Below, in pieces: positions 1-12,145 of a DNA stretch of 30,324 nt; within the stretch, counting starts at the first letter, position 1, and every line of letters begins with the position of its first letter. The position numbers were made by a program, and so were the translations under genes. The DNA is taken from positions 986,126-1,016,449 of the forward strand of contig WELA01002297.1 in NCBI GenBank assembly GCA_009602735.1, in the 5' to 3' direction. The notes beneath the pieces are model-generated. The model searched no databases. It had not been told where the DNA came from and was given only the letters and a program-made list of their open reading frames with translations. The DNA is from Mesotaenium endlicherianum (Eukaryota).

Positions 1-1348
1 GGCTAGATACTTCAAGCTTTGCACGTCTTTAGCCGGCAGTTCCCACATAATGGTGGACCCCTTACTGTCATCATCAGAAATGCCTGCGGTCATGGCGGGC
101 AATATTCGCCTTGCTTTGCTCGCCAGTTTGTCATAGCAAACTCTTGCACTTTCGTGTGGAGGTATATAAAGGGCATGCCTGTGAAAGAGTTTGCCGATTG
201 ACATTTGTTGGGAATGGCATGGGCATGCAATCAAATGTTGATTTGGGCATTAAGTTTGTGTGTTAGCTGTAGACGCGTTCATTATCGTTGTATGCCTAAT
301 GTAACACTCTCAAGACAGTATTGAGGCAGTACTTTTTTTTTTGTATGGAATTAGCCCTCCATGCACGGGAAAATGCAGCTGCTTTCGTACGTCACGCTTG
401 TCTGATCAAGCCTTAAGTTCTTCGTCGAAGTCTCCTACATGCTAAAGAATGCATACGAAGCTTGCTAGGGGAATTTGAGAAGGAGCTGACCATCAGTTTG
501 ACAGATCAACACCAATACCAATCATTGTTTCCTCGAAGTGGGCGTCTAGAGTTTGACTTGTATAACAGAGGTCACACTAGCTGTGAACATCTTGCTGCGA
601 CAACTAATCATATGCAGGGCACTAGCTCCACGAGGGCCACTCAGATGCTGCTCCTTCTTTCGGGCTTGTGGGGACCTGCCCCCTCCTTGTATAGGAAGGC
701 CTGGCCTTGGCAGAACAGGAAACTACCAGGCATGCACGCTCTGTTGCAAGTAGGTGCTTTACAAGCTCACTCGTATGATGCTAGCTCGCAACGGCAAGGC
801 GAGGTACACTGCAGCAACATGCTGAGTAACGAGGAGATTCACGATTTGTGTTCAAACTGTACGGTTTTGAAGAGAATTGAAGGATCAGATTGCATCTCTG
901 ATTGGTCGCCACCTCGAGCACCTCTTACTCAGAGCATGAATATGGAGAAGGCTGGATGAACACCTATTATCCTTCCAATGGTCGAGCATGACCTGCCAGA
1001 CGTTGATAGCTACTTGCTTGGAGGGTTGACCAGGCCAAGCCATGGCTGACTTTGAGACGAAATGGCCCCAGGATGTTACCTGCGTGTCGGCCCAGTTGTG
1101 CATGCACCCGCTCGATGATGATTGAGAGGGCAGCCCTTCCTCCACCCTGAAGAAGCCCATTCTAGGCCACATGTGAGTTGCGTACAGTCTTGAATCTTCC
1201 TGCCAGGTATTCAGAGCTCCTCACTACTATCTTCCAGAGCCGTGGGGTTGGCAAGCAGGGCGCTTCAGACGAGATAATGAGCTGGAGCGCACGCTAGGCC
1301 AGGCAGGGCCCTAAGGGAATAGCAGGTGGCGTCGTCCTGAACGCTGTC

Positions 1349-1462
1349 CTACTTCTCATGAGGTACTTTCTTCTTCACGTACGACAAGTACGGGTCTTGG
1401 GCCGCCGTCACCACGTCGGGTCTGAGGCGCTGGTCGTACGTGAGGCACCGCCGGATGAAGTC
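1349..1462 (-). CDS. TLK: TLK last coding exon (DFIRRCLTY...[15 protein letters not shown])
   Basis: CTCAG acceptor; subdomain XI; TAG at 1349-1351. Confidence 0.9.
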   Translation of the reverse strand, partial: DFIRRCLTYDQRLRPDVVTAAQDPYLSYVKKKVPHEK

Positions 1463-4400
1463 CTGAGCCACACCCGTGCAAGCACGCACGCACGCACGCA
1501 CGCACGCATCCACATGTGAGCAATCTCTGGTCAAAAATCCAGGCAGTGCACATACTCGCCACATGTGCACTGTCGCCGGCTTGAAGTCTGAAGGCGACCA
1601 GCAATAGTGCACCCCTGAAAACAACGCCAGCAGGGCCACTCAGGCTGCCCTATATGCCATAAGGTGGCACCGCCCGATTGCTTAAAAACTCTCACGATGG
1701 ACCCCTTTACTCGTTCACGATTTCTCACATGTGCGGAGCGGCACTGAGGAGCCACGTGCCACGGAAGGGACAGCTCAGCTCATATTCGCCCCATTCAAGC
1801 AACTTCCAACATCCACCCAGTTGTGCGTGCATTGGCTCAAAGTCAGTCAGTCAGTCCGTCAGGCCCGCCCCCGCCGCCACCACGAGTGTGATCGCAACAA
1901 ACATCGCCTCGGCGCCGCAAGCCCTGCCCCAGGAGGCCCAGGACACCAGCCCGCAAGACGCCTGCATGCAGGGCCACCACAAGGCCGACATCATCAATGC
2001 AAGCTTTGAGACGGAAACGCCACTGGACGGGGGGCCTCTGACAGGCCGCAGGCAGCGGACAGCGGGCGGTAAGAGGGCGGCGGGCAGAGGGAGAAGGGCC
2101 GCAGCAGACCTTGGCCTCAGAGGAGACGGCGGGGCGCGGCGGGAAGGCGACGGTGCGCGCCTTCACGATGGTGTCCTCGCGCAATATGCGCTCCTGCGTC
2201 TGCTCGTGCCCGAACGGGCGCCGCCCGTACAGCATCTGGTACAGGATCACGCCCGCCGACCACACGTCCACCTGCGCACCACGCAGGCATGCACGCACGC
2301 ACGCCGGCAGCGCCCTGTCAGCCTGTGTGCTTGTCTGCGATGCCATCTGTGGCGCCAGCCCACGCCGACGCCCCTAGCCCAGCAGGGGCTGACCTGCTCC
2401 TCCAAAGACGTCTGGTAACTGGCTGTCTCTCTCGTCTGTTCCCTCCACCTCTCCCTCTCTCCCTCCCTCCCTCTGGAGGTTCTGAGCACCCCCAGTTCCC
2501 GTCTGCCTGAGCTCACTGCCCAGCGGGCGGGGAGCATCTGGGCGGCAAATACGTGCCCGATGTGTACAAAGGACTGCCGCCCGCGCATATAACAGGGAAG
2601 GGAGGGAGGGGCACAGATGCCAGCAGCCACGCGATGCAATGGGGGAGAAGGCTTGGCGCGCTCTTCTTGCTGCTGCCTTCTCCTTGTTGGGCTCACACCC
2701 TTGTGGGACCCAGCCACCAACTCACACAGAAGACGGTCTAACTCAACGAGAAGACGAGTTGTGTTCAAACAGCAACAGCAACAGCAGCAGGAGCAGGAGC
2801 AGGAGCAGGAGCGACAGGCAGCAGGCGCATATGCGCAGCCCCGAGTCCTCAGCAGGGGAAACGAGACGTGCTCCACGCTGACCTGCACAGGGGGAAGGGG
2901 TGGGGGGGTTGACAGGGGACACAGCTGACTTTCTACCTAGCTGCGCTCACCTTGGAGGAGATCAGAGGCGTCTTGTTGACGTCGAAGCACTCGGGAGGCA
3001 AGTACCTGCCACACAGGGGCGTTCCGACCGTCAGAGCCCTACCCCCAGCAGTATAGTTTGCACACATGGAGCCAGCAGCGCGGGTCATATTAGGCCGGAT
3101 GCACAAAAGCTAGCACGAATGCGCACACACACACACACACACAGGCACTCGCACACGCACACGCACACGCGCGAGCATCATGTACCTCACTGGACCTCCC
3201 CCCTGCCGTACCTAGTGCCCGCGGCGGGACAGAAGGCAGGGTGAAAGGTGATCTGCAGCTGGCGTGGGGGCCTGCTTGGCCAGGTCAGTTCAAGGGAGCG
3301 GACGGCGATGCGGCCCCCCCTATCCGCCCATCTACCTGGCTGTCTGCCTCTGTCCATCGTCTGGCACTGGGTGGAGGGGGAGGTCAGCATGAATAACGTC
3401 CGTGGGGGATTCACTCCAATGTCACCAGGCTGCTGTGCGACAGCGAGATAGCAGCTGTTTCCCCGACACTAGCTCGTAGTCTGCCACACGCGCGTGTGCT
3501 TGACAAATGGGACACGCGCATGGCGTGCCACCCCAATAATGGCAAGTGGCAGGCCGCGGGGCTGAGCCCAGAAATAGCCGACCCAATCTGGTGGCGCTGC
3601 CAACACGATCCCATGCATGCACCAACCTCTGCCCTTCTCACACGCGCGTCCCTCATCCGGCGGGGGCAAGGCACGCAGGCGGGCATGCGGGAGGGCTCGC
3701 GCGCGGGGGCGAAAGCAAGGGGAAGGTACGACTTTTGGCGGGAGCCGGTCACTGCGCCGTGGGCGGGTGACAGCGGAGAAAAGCGCTCTCTCTATTTTTC
3801 TCCCTCTCCCTCTCTTCCCCTCCCTCCGCTCCCACTCACCAGTAGGTGCCGGCGCCCTGCGAGGTAAGCTCCATGCCCATGCTGCCGGCGCCGTGCTCGT
3901 CGTCCTCCAGCTGCTTGCTGAGGCCAAAGTCGGTGATCTTGACGTCGCCGGCCGCGTCGAACAGGATGTTGCCGGGCTTGAGGTCGTAGTGGATCACGCG
4001 GCAGCCCGGGCGGCTGAGGTGCACGAGGCCCTGGAAGATCTGCACGGCCACGCAGCGCGCCTCGCGCTCGCTCAGCACCGGCGTTGCCTTCAGCACCGCG
4101 TCCAGGTCCTTGCCTGCACCCGCGCACAAGCACTCACGCACCCACGCGCGCACGCACACATGCACGCCGCCGTCCGCACAGGTCAGCAGGCAGCCCAGCT
4201 GTCAGAGGAGGGAGCACGAGGAGTTGATGTTGTCGTGGGGAGGGCGAATCCTTGCCTGCATGCGCGCAAGCACACAGGGCTGCAAGCACGCATGCACGCC
4301 GCCAAATAGAAGGGCAAGCAGGCAGGCAGACAGACGGACAGGCGGACAGGCAAGGGAGCTGGAGCAAGAGGAGTCGAAGTCTTCAGACGTCGCTCAATCC

Positions 4401-6744
4401 TCCAGGAACATGGAGGAGGTGCTAGAACCCGGTTAGCCTGAGGCACCAGTTTTAGGAAGAGTAGGAGTGGGAAGACGGGCTCGGTGAGGGGAGGGGTGCC
4501 CACCCCCCCTCGTGCCTCCCACCCCAAGCGACAGCAATGGCAGCGGGACGAGCCAGGCAAGGCAGGGGCAGGGCTGAAGGCGAGGAGAGACGGGCGAGCG
4601 CCAAGGGGCGAAGGGCGAGGGGCACAGTAATGGGAGAGGAGGGAGGGGGGAGGGAGCGTAGGCAGGACGGTTGCCAACAGACGGACGGACGGGCGGGCGG
4701 GCGGACGGGCGGGCGGGCAGGCGGGCGGGCTCTTGTACCGTCGCAGTACTCGAGGACGGTGCAGAAGGTGCTGTTGTCGATCTCGAAAATGTCAAAGAGG
4801 CGCACGATGTGCGCGTGGTCCTGCTGCTTGTGGATGTTGTACTCGCGGATGGCGTGGCGCACGTAGCTCTGCTTCTTCGCCTCGCTCCACGCGCTGTTCA
4901 GCTGGTGCAGCTTGCACGCCACGTACCGGCTCTCCGCCAGGTCAAACGCCTGCCCCCCCCACTCCCCCCCCCNNNNNNNNNNNNNNNNNNNNNNNNNNNN
5001 NNNNNNNNNNNNNNNNNNNNNNNNNNNNNNNNNNNNNNNNNNNNNNNNNNNNNNNNNNNNNNNNNNNNNNNNNNNNNNNNNNNNNNNNNNNNNNNNNNNN
5101 NNNNNNNNNNNNNNNNNNNNNNNNNNNNNNNNNNNNNNNNNNNNNNNNNNNNNNNNNNNNNNNNNNNNNNNNNNNNNNNNNNNNNNNNNGGGGGGGGAGG
5201 GGAGAGGGAAAGGGAGGGAGAAGGGGAGGAGGAAGAGGTGAGAGAGGGGTGGGCGAGACCTTGTAGACCTCGGAGAAGCCACCCTTGCCCAGCAGGTTGA
5301 GCAGCGCGTAGCGGTGGTGCAGGATGCCAAAGTGGCTGAAGCGCGAGGCGTCCTCGTCCTTGACGCGCTTCACCTCGCGGATGTGGCCCGCCTTCTCCGT
5401 CTCGTAGCGCTCGCGGTCGCGCACCGCTGCGTCCTCCTCCTGCTCTCCTCCCTCTCCCCCCCCCNNNNNNNNNNNNNNNNNNNNNNNNNNNNNNNNNNNN
5501 NNCCAACCCTCACCCGCCAGCGCCCCTTGTCATCAGCACACTTACATTGGACGCGCGTCCAGAGTTGCTCCTGGAACACGTTTGCGCTCGTTACACACAT
5601 GCGCACCACGCACGCACACGCGCACCCACGCACTCACACGCACACACATGCACACACCGACGCATGCGCGCACTCACATGAGCACTCAAACGCGCACGCG
5701 CACGCACACGCGCACACGATTTCCCCCCTTCTTCAGCCCCTCCCAGTTGTCTCTCAGCCGGCCGGTTGCTCTTGGCTGCTGGTACAGCCTCTCTTCCCCG
5801 TACTTGTGGTGCAACGACGTACCGCCAGCTGGCACTCAAGCAACAAACTTTCCTCCTCCTCGAGTGACATCCCAGCTCTCCCCTATCCCCCCCAAGAAGT
5901 CCTTCCCCCTGTATTAGTATCCCCCCAACACCAGTCAAAGCCGGCAGAGAGGCTGATAGAGGACACATGCTGCAACCCAGATACTGCATGCACGCACGCA
6001 TGAGCTGATGCCGCGTGGCTGTTGCCCAGGAGGTCCGCCTGACAGCATGACATTCAGCGAAGTCAAACTTGCTGACGGCAGGATGCAGACAGGAACAGTT
6101 TGGGTTTGCGCACCCTCCTGTTGTTGTTTCCTTCCAACACCGTGATATTCCCCCCCTTGGAAAGGCGGGTTGGCATGGGGGAATAGACAATAGGCGTTGG
6201 AAAATGATAGTGGGCACACACACAAGTAGTGCAAGGCGAGAAGGGGAGGGGAGAGAGCGAGGAGGGGGAGGTGGGAGGGGGAGTAAGAGTCAGCGCGTGA
6301 ACACTCACCCGCTTGAGGGCGAGCAGGCGCGTCTTGTACGACTCCTCCAGCACCGCCGCCTCCTCCTCGCTCACCGCGGCCGCGTCTGCAGCACCGCGCC
6401 CGTTGCTTCCGCTCGTCCCGTTCTCTCTCTCGCCGCCCTTGTCTGCTCCGCCCAAACCCACCCCACCCCATCCCACCCCACCCCACCGCACTGCCACAGA
6501 GGCCCGGCGTCAGCCCGGGCACCAATGCACCACCAGCGCACTATCTCGCAGTTTTCAGAGGAGGGCACTGCACACACAAGTTGATGCCATTAGCAGAGCG
6601 CTTACACGGGCTGACAGGCTGACAGGCTGACAGGCTGACAGGCTGACGGACAGGACAGAGGAGTGAAGCGCTTGCCAGCAAAGAACCATCCTGGTTCGCG
6701 CCCCGTTGCAAGCACAATGGAGTGGAGGGCAGAGAGGCTTGCCT

Positions 6745-6779
<35 letters not shown>

Positions 6780-9700
6780 GCGCTTGAGCAGCTTGCGGCG
6801 CTTCTCCAGCACCTCCCTCTGCTCCAGCACCGCCGTCTGCTCTCGCCTCGCCACCCACCCACCCCCCCGCCCACGCAGCGGCCAGCCAGCAAGCCACCGC
6901 ACACCGCAGAGGCTCAGGTGGCCGCCGCAACTCCTCCCCTCGTGCACCAGACAGCACTGGCAGTCAGCCCCCAGCAGCGCGGCTCACGCGCACGACGTGG
7001 ACCAATACACACACACACGCACGCGCCCGCACACGCGCACGACGTGGACCAATACACACACACACGCACGCGCCCGCACGCGCGCACGCATGCACATGTA
7101 GCCTAGCATGACTTTTGCGCGCTTTGCACCCCGGGCAACGAAGTCCTGGGATCAGAAGAGGGACGAGCGTGCATATGCACACAGCAGGGAGAGAAGCCAT
7201 GTGCACGACGGGGAGAAAGCTGGGCGGTGGAAGGCGGGGCAAAGGGGGAGCTGGAGAGAGGAAGAGAGAGAGAGGGAGAGGGGAAGGAAGAGAGGGGGCA
7301 CCAGGCGAGCCTGGATGTCTTTGAGGGCCTGCCCGTCCTCCCACACCTCCGTCAGCATGGTGCCCGCTCTGCACCCCCCCAGTCCCACATATAAGTAACC
7401 CCCCCTCTTGGTTTGGCTACTCTCGGCAGAGAGGGGGCTCACAAGGGGGGAGAGGTGGAGCAGGTAGACGGGCAGGCAGACAGACACGGAGAGGGGCGCA
7501 CCTGCACACAGTCTTGCCTTTGCCTAAAATGGCACAGGCATTGCCCGCAGAAAGACTCTGCAGAGGGTTGAGGGGATTAAGCCCGAGCCACTGTGGCGCT
7601 GCGCGAGCGTGCACGCGTCAGCGGCAGGCAAGGCGCCAATCCCGCCCAGCTGACAGACGCGCAAGCGGGCGTAGAGAGGCAGCCGCACACGCGCGCAGAG
7701 GCTGGAGGGCTGCAGCATGGCTGCCAGGCGGACGGGCGGACAGCAGGAGGACGGCGAGGCGTCTGGCTGGTAGGGAAGATGCATGCAAGTGCGGGCCTGT
7801 GCATGGGAACGCGCATGCAGGCAGGCGCACAGGCCAACAGACAGGCAGCCTGGCAGGCAGGCAGACGACTGGGGCACCAGCGCAGTACACGAAGGACAAA
7901 TCGAGGGTTAGATAGAGGGTGAAGGGAAGAGCGAGGAGGGGGAGGATGCTGCGAGAAGAAGGGTGAGAGTGACTGGGAGGGTGAGTGTGAGGGTGAGAGC
8001 GGAATTCGGAGGGCGGAGGAGCAGAGGGGCGCACCGCATGATGCCGAGGTTGCCGAGGCGTTGCGCGTCGTGCCGCAGCCGCAGCCGCGCCTCCTGGCGC
8101 TCGCCGCGGGCGGCCACGATGAGCAGGTCCGATATCACCTTCAGCCGCTGCTCTCTCCTCTCCCCCCCCNNNNNNNNNNNNNNNNNNNNNNNNNNNNNNN
8201 NNNNNNNNNNNNNNNNNNNNNNNNNNNNNNNNNNNNNNNNNNNNNNNNNNNNNNNNNNNNNNNNNNNNNNNNNNNNNNNNNNNNNNNNNNNNNNNNNNNN
8301 NNNNNNNNNNNNNNNNNNNNNNNNNNNNNNNNNNNNNNNNNNNNNNNNNNNNNNNNNNNNNNNNNNNNNNNNNNNNNNNNNNNNNNNNNNNNNNNNNNNN
8401 NNNNNNNNNNNNNNNNNNNNNNNNNNNNNNNNNNNNNNNNNNNNNNNNNNNNNNNNNNNNNNNNNNNNNNNNNNNNNNNNNNNNNNNNNNNNNNNNNNNN
8501 NNNNNNNNNNNNNNNNNNNNNNNNNNNNNNNNNNNNNNNNNNNNNNNNNNNNNNNNNNNNNNNNNNNNNNNNNNNNNNNNNNNNNNNNNNNNNNNNNNNN
8601 NNNNNNNNNNNNNNNNNNNNNNNNNNNNNNNNNNNNNNNNNNNNNNNNNNNNNNNNNNNNNNNNNNNNNNNNNNNNNNNNNNNNNNNNNNNNNNNNNNNN
8701 NNNNNNNNNNNNNNNNNNNNNNNNNNNNNNNNNNNNNNNNNNNNNNNNNNNNNNNNNNNNNNNNNNNNNNNNNNNNNNNNNNNNNNNNNNNNNNNNNNNN
8801 NNNNNNNNNNNNNNNNNNNNNNNNNNNNNNNNNNNNNNNNNNNNNNNNNNNNNNNNNNNNNNNNNNNNNNNNNNNNNNNNNNNNNNNNNNNNNNNNNNNN
8901 NNNNNNNNNNNNNNNNNNNNNNNNNNNNNNNNNNNNNNNNNNNNNNNNNNNNNNNNNNNNNNNNNNNNNNNNNNNNNNNNNNNNNNNNNNNNNNNNNNNN
9001 NNNNNNNNNNNNNNNNNNNNNNNNNNNNNNNNNNNNNNNNNNNNNNNNNNNNNNNNNNNNNNNNNNNNNNNNNNNNNNNNNNNNNNNNNNNNNNNNNNNN
9101 NNNNNNNNNNNNNNNNNNNNNNNNNNNNNNNNNNNNNNNNNNNNNNNNNNNCCACCCCTCTCCCCCCGTGCCCGAGAACTATGGGCCATGGTCCCTCACA
9201 GAAGCCGACGGGCTCGTCTGATTAAAAAGCTCTGACTCTGGGTTGCTGCCCTGCCCTGCCCTGTCCCGTCAGCTTCACTCCCTTCCTGAGGAGAAACAGC
9301 ATGTCCGTCGGTCTTGCCCCGTGTCTCCCCCTCGCCGGCCCACCCTCGTAGTCCGGGCCCCCTCAGCATTCATGTCCGTCGAGATGGGCGGCGACGGCAG
9401 AGTGCCACCTCAGCCTGGTGGCGCGCCGGCATGCGTCAGGGCGCTCATGATTTAACCCCTCGTTTGCTCTTAGTGCATTACAAGTGGCGGCGGTAAACAA
9501 ACCCCCCAACAAAGCAGTGCCTGTGCCCTACCCACAGGGAGGCCTGCTTGCCGGGACGGACACACTGCGCATGGGAGGGAGGGAGAGAGGGAGGGAGGGA
9601 GAGCAATCGGCTGATTGGGAAGGGGGGGGGCACCTGCAGGCGCGTCCTCTCCTCATCCCACGACTTCTGGAGGGCTTCCAGGGACTCCTGCATTTGCATC

Positions 9701-12114
9701 CAGTGAGAGTGTGCGCGTGAGTGTGAGCGGCGTGCGCGTGCCAGCGCGTGCGCGCGTGAATGAGTGCGCGTGTGCGCGTGAATGAGTGCGTGTGTGCGTG
9801 TGCATGCGCGTTTGTATGCGTGCGTGAATGGGTGCGTCTATGTGTGTGCACGCGCGCGCGTGAATGTGTGTGCTCGCGCGCGCGTGTGCGTGTGTGTGCG
9901 TGCATGCGCGCACACGCGTGTGTGTGTGCGAGCAGCGCGCCCGCGCAAGCGAGGCCGGCACCGCCGACTACAATCACAACTACCAAATTTGAGCAACGCT
10001 TCTCCCGTCCAACCCAATCATCTCTCGCCTACTTCAAGCATTTTCTGATACACGCATGGAAACACCAAAACGTTGGCACAACAGCCCAGTTCCACGCGAG
10101 CCAGTGAGCGATCCATGCCCACAGAGACTGACGAGTGCCCCCGCCCGAGCAGCCCCCTCCCTCGCAAACCCTCTCAAGCTCAATGCCCTCAGGTCCTCAC
10201 AAGCGTCCACACTTGTGCCTCGTCACTCCTTCCCTCCCACTCTCCCCCCCTCCCTCAATCTCTCCCTCCCTCCCTCCTCCCCCNNNNNNNNNNNNNNNNN
10301 NNNNNNNNNNNNNNNNNNNNNNNNNNNNNNNNNNNNNNNNNNNNNNNNNNNNNNNNNNNNNNNNNNNNNNNNNNNNNNNNNNNNNNNNNNNNNNNNNNNN
10401 NNNNNNNNNNNNNNNNNNNNNNNNNNNNNNNNNNNNNNNNNNNNNNNNNNNNNNNNNNNNNNNNNNNNNNNNNNNNNNNNNNNNNNNNNNNNNNNNNNNN
10501 NNNNNNNNNNNNNNNNNNNNNNNNNNNNNNNNNNNNNNNNNNNNNNNNNNNNNNNNNNNNNNNNNNNNNNNNNNNNNNNNNNNNNNNNNNNNNNNNNNNN
10601 NNNNNNNNNNNNNNNNNNNNNNNNNNNNNNNNNNNNNNNNNNNNNNNNNNNNNNNNNNNNNNNNNNNNNNNNNNNNNNNNNNNNNNNNNNNNNNNNNNNN
10701 NNNNNNNNNNNNNNNNNNNNNNNNNNNNNNNNNNNNNNNNNNNNNNCCCCCCCCCCCTGAGCGCCAGCCCTGCTCTTTACTGCAGTCCATCCCCACGCAT
10801 TCGGAGATGAGAGGGAACGAGCACGTGGAGGTGATGGGAGAGCCGCAGAGATGCGGAGGAGGCATGTTGCTTTAGGAGGATCACAAGGAGGAGGAGGATG
10901 GGCTGGCTATGGGCACGCAGATAGGTGAGAGTCGAAAGGAGGGGGGGGAAGGAGGGAGGGCGAGCACACTTTATTTTTGCAGCGGACGTCTGACAGGCTG
11001 CTGCGGCACTGGCACCCCGCCACCACCCCTGAGCTGGGCCCATTGCTCTCCTCGGCCTGCCAGGTGGCGCATCGCATGCAAGCAGGCGGAAAGTGAGGCT
11101 TCAGTTCCTCCGCCAGACGGCCACAGCTGAGACTGGCGACCCATTCAAGCCCAAGCCCAGGAGTTCCCTCAGGACGGTACGACCTCCCGGAGAAAGCTGA
11201 GCTGGCGAAGTCGCTCCTGCGCCAGACAGGACGGGACAGGACGGGACAGGACGGGACAGAATGGGACAGGACGGTAACAGCAAGAACGGCGTGGCACCCT
11301 CTCCCGCAGGAGTGTGAGACGCCGTCCCCCGCCCCAGCACCAGCAGCAGCTACTGCTGCCCCGCGGCCGCCATTGCTCCGTGTCTCCGTGCCTTCTCATA
11401 CGCTAGTCCGCATGCATGCATGCACGGCATCCACCAGGCCGAAGAGGACTCCTCTGACAGAGGGAGATCAATAGAGGAGGCCTTGAGAGTACACACACAC
11501 GCACACACACAAGCGCACGTGCGCACACACACGCACACACACAAGCGCACGTGCGCACACACACGCACACACACACACACAGACACACTGGCGCTAGCAC
11601 CGAACAGGCCCCCTCTCTGCAAGGAGGCTCTCCTCTGCCTGCTTCCAGCGACGCCGAGGGTGGCTCCGCCGGCCTCTCCATCGATAGCCGTCTGTTACCC
11701 CGCTAAATAGGCCAAAGCCCTCCCCTCGAATATGGCCCCTTTCATGCTGGAGTTGACGTTGAGTGAACCTTGAAAGCACCGGCAGAGGGTTTGAGGGTGA
11801 GGCGAGACAACGCCCAGTCAGGACCAATCCCCCAAGTGACTGCCAGCACAGCAGGGAGCTGAGGAAGCTATCTGTACCTTGTAGTCGTCAAACTCCAGAG
11901 GGGGCGCGTCGACGAGAGGGCCGTCAGATGTCGCCTGGCCGGGTGGCCCTGCCTGAGGAGAGCCCCTAAGAGGAGAGGAAGCCGAGTTGGCCTGTAGCTC
12001 TCGGGCTTTGGAGGCGCGCGTGACCCTGCCAGATGTCGCCCCCTTGCTTGCCTTGCCCCCTCCCCCCCTCCCCTGCCTGCCACTATTGGTCCCTCCACTC
12101 TTCCCCTGACCCCC

Positions 12115-12145
<31 letters not shown>

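Noticed and set aside
462..1172. ORFs 462-959 (+) and 885-1172 (-)
   Set aside because: No recognisable motif or splice-supported structure; possibly 3' UTR or decayed repeat.
2760..2890. Acceptor-like CCCCTGTGCAG at ~2883 and a CAG-rich tract as an extra exon or antisense polyQ gene
   Set aside because: The kinase reads ISSK|VDVWS with no room for an insert; the tract is an intronic microsatellite.
11100..11710. Further TLK exons near 11600-11700, 11290-11390 and 11100-11220
   Set aside because: Coding-like, but frame and boundaries cannot be fixed without RNA data; not called.
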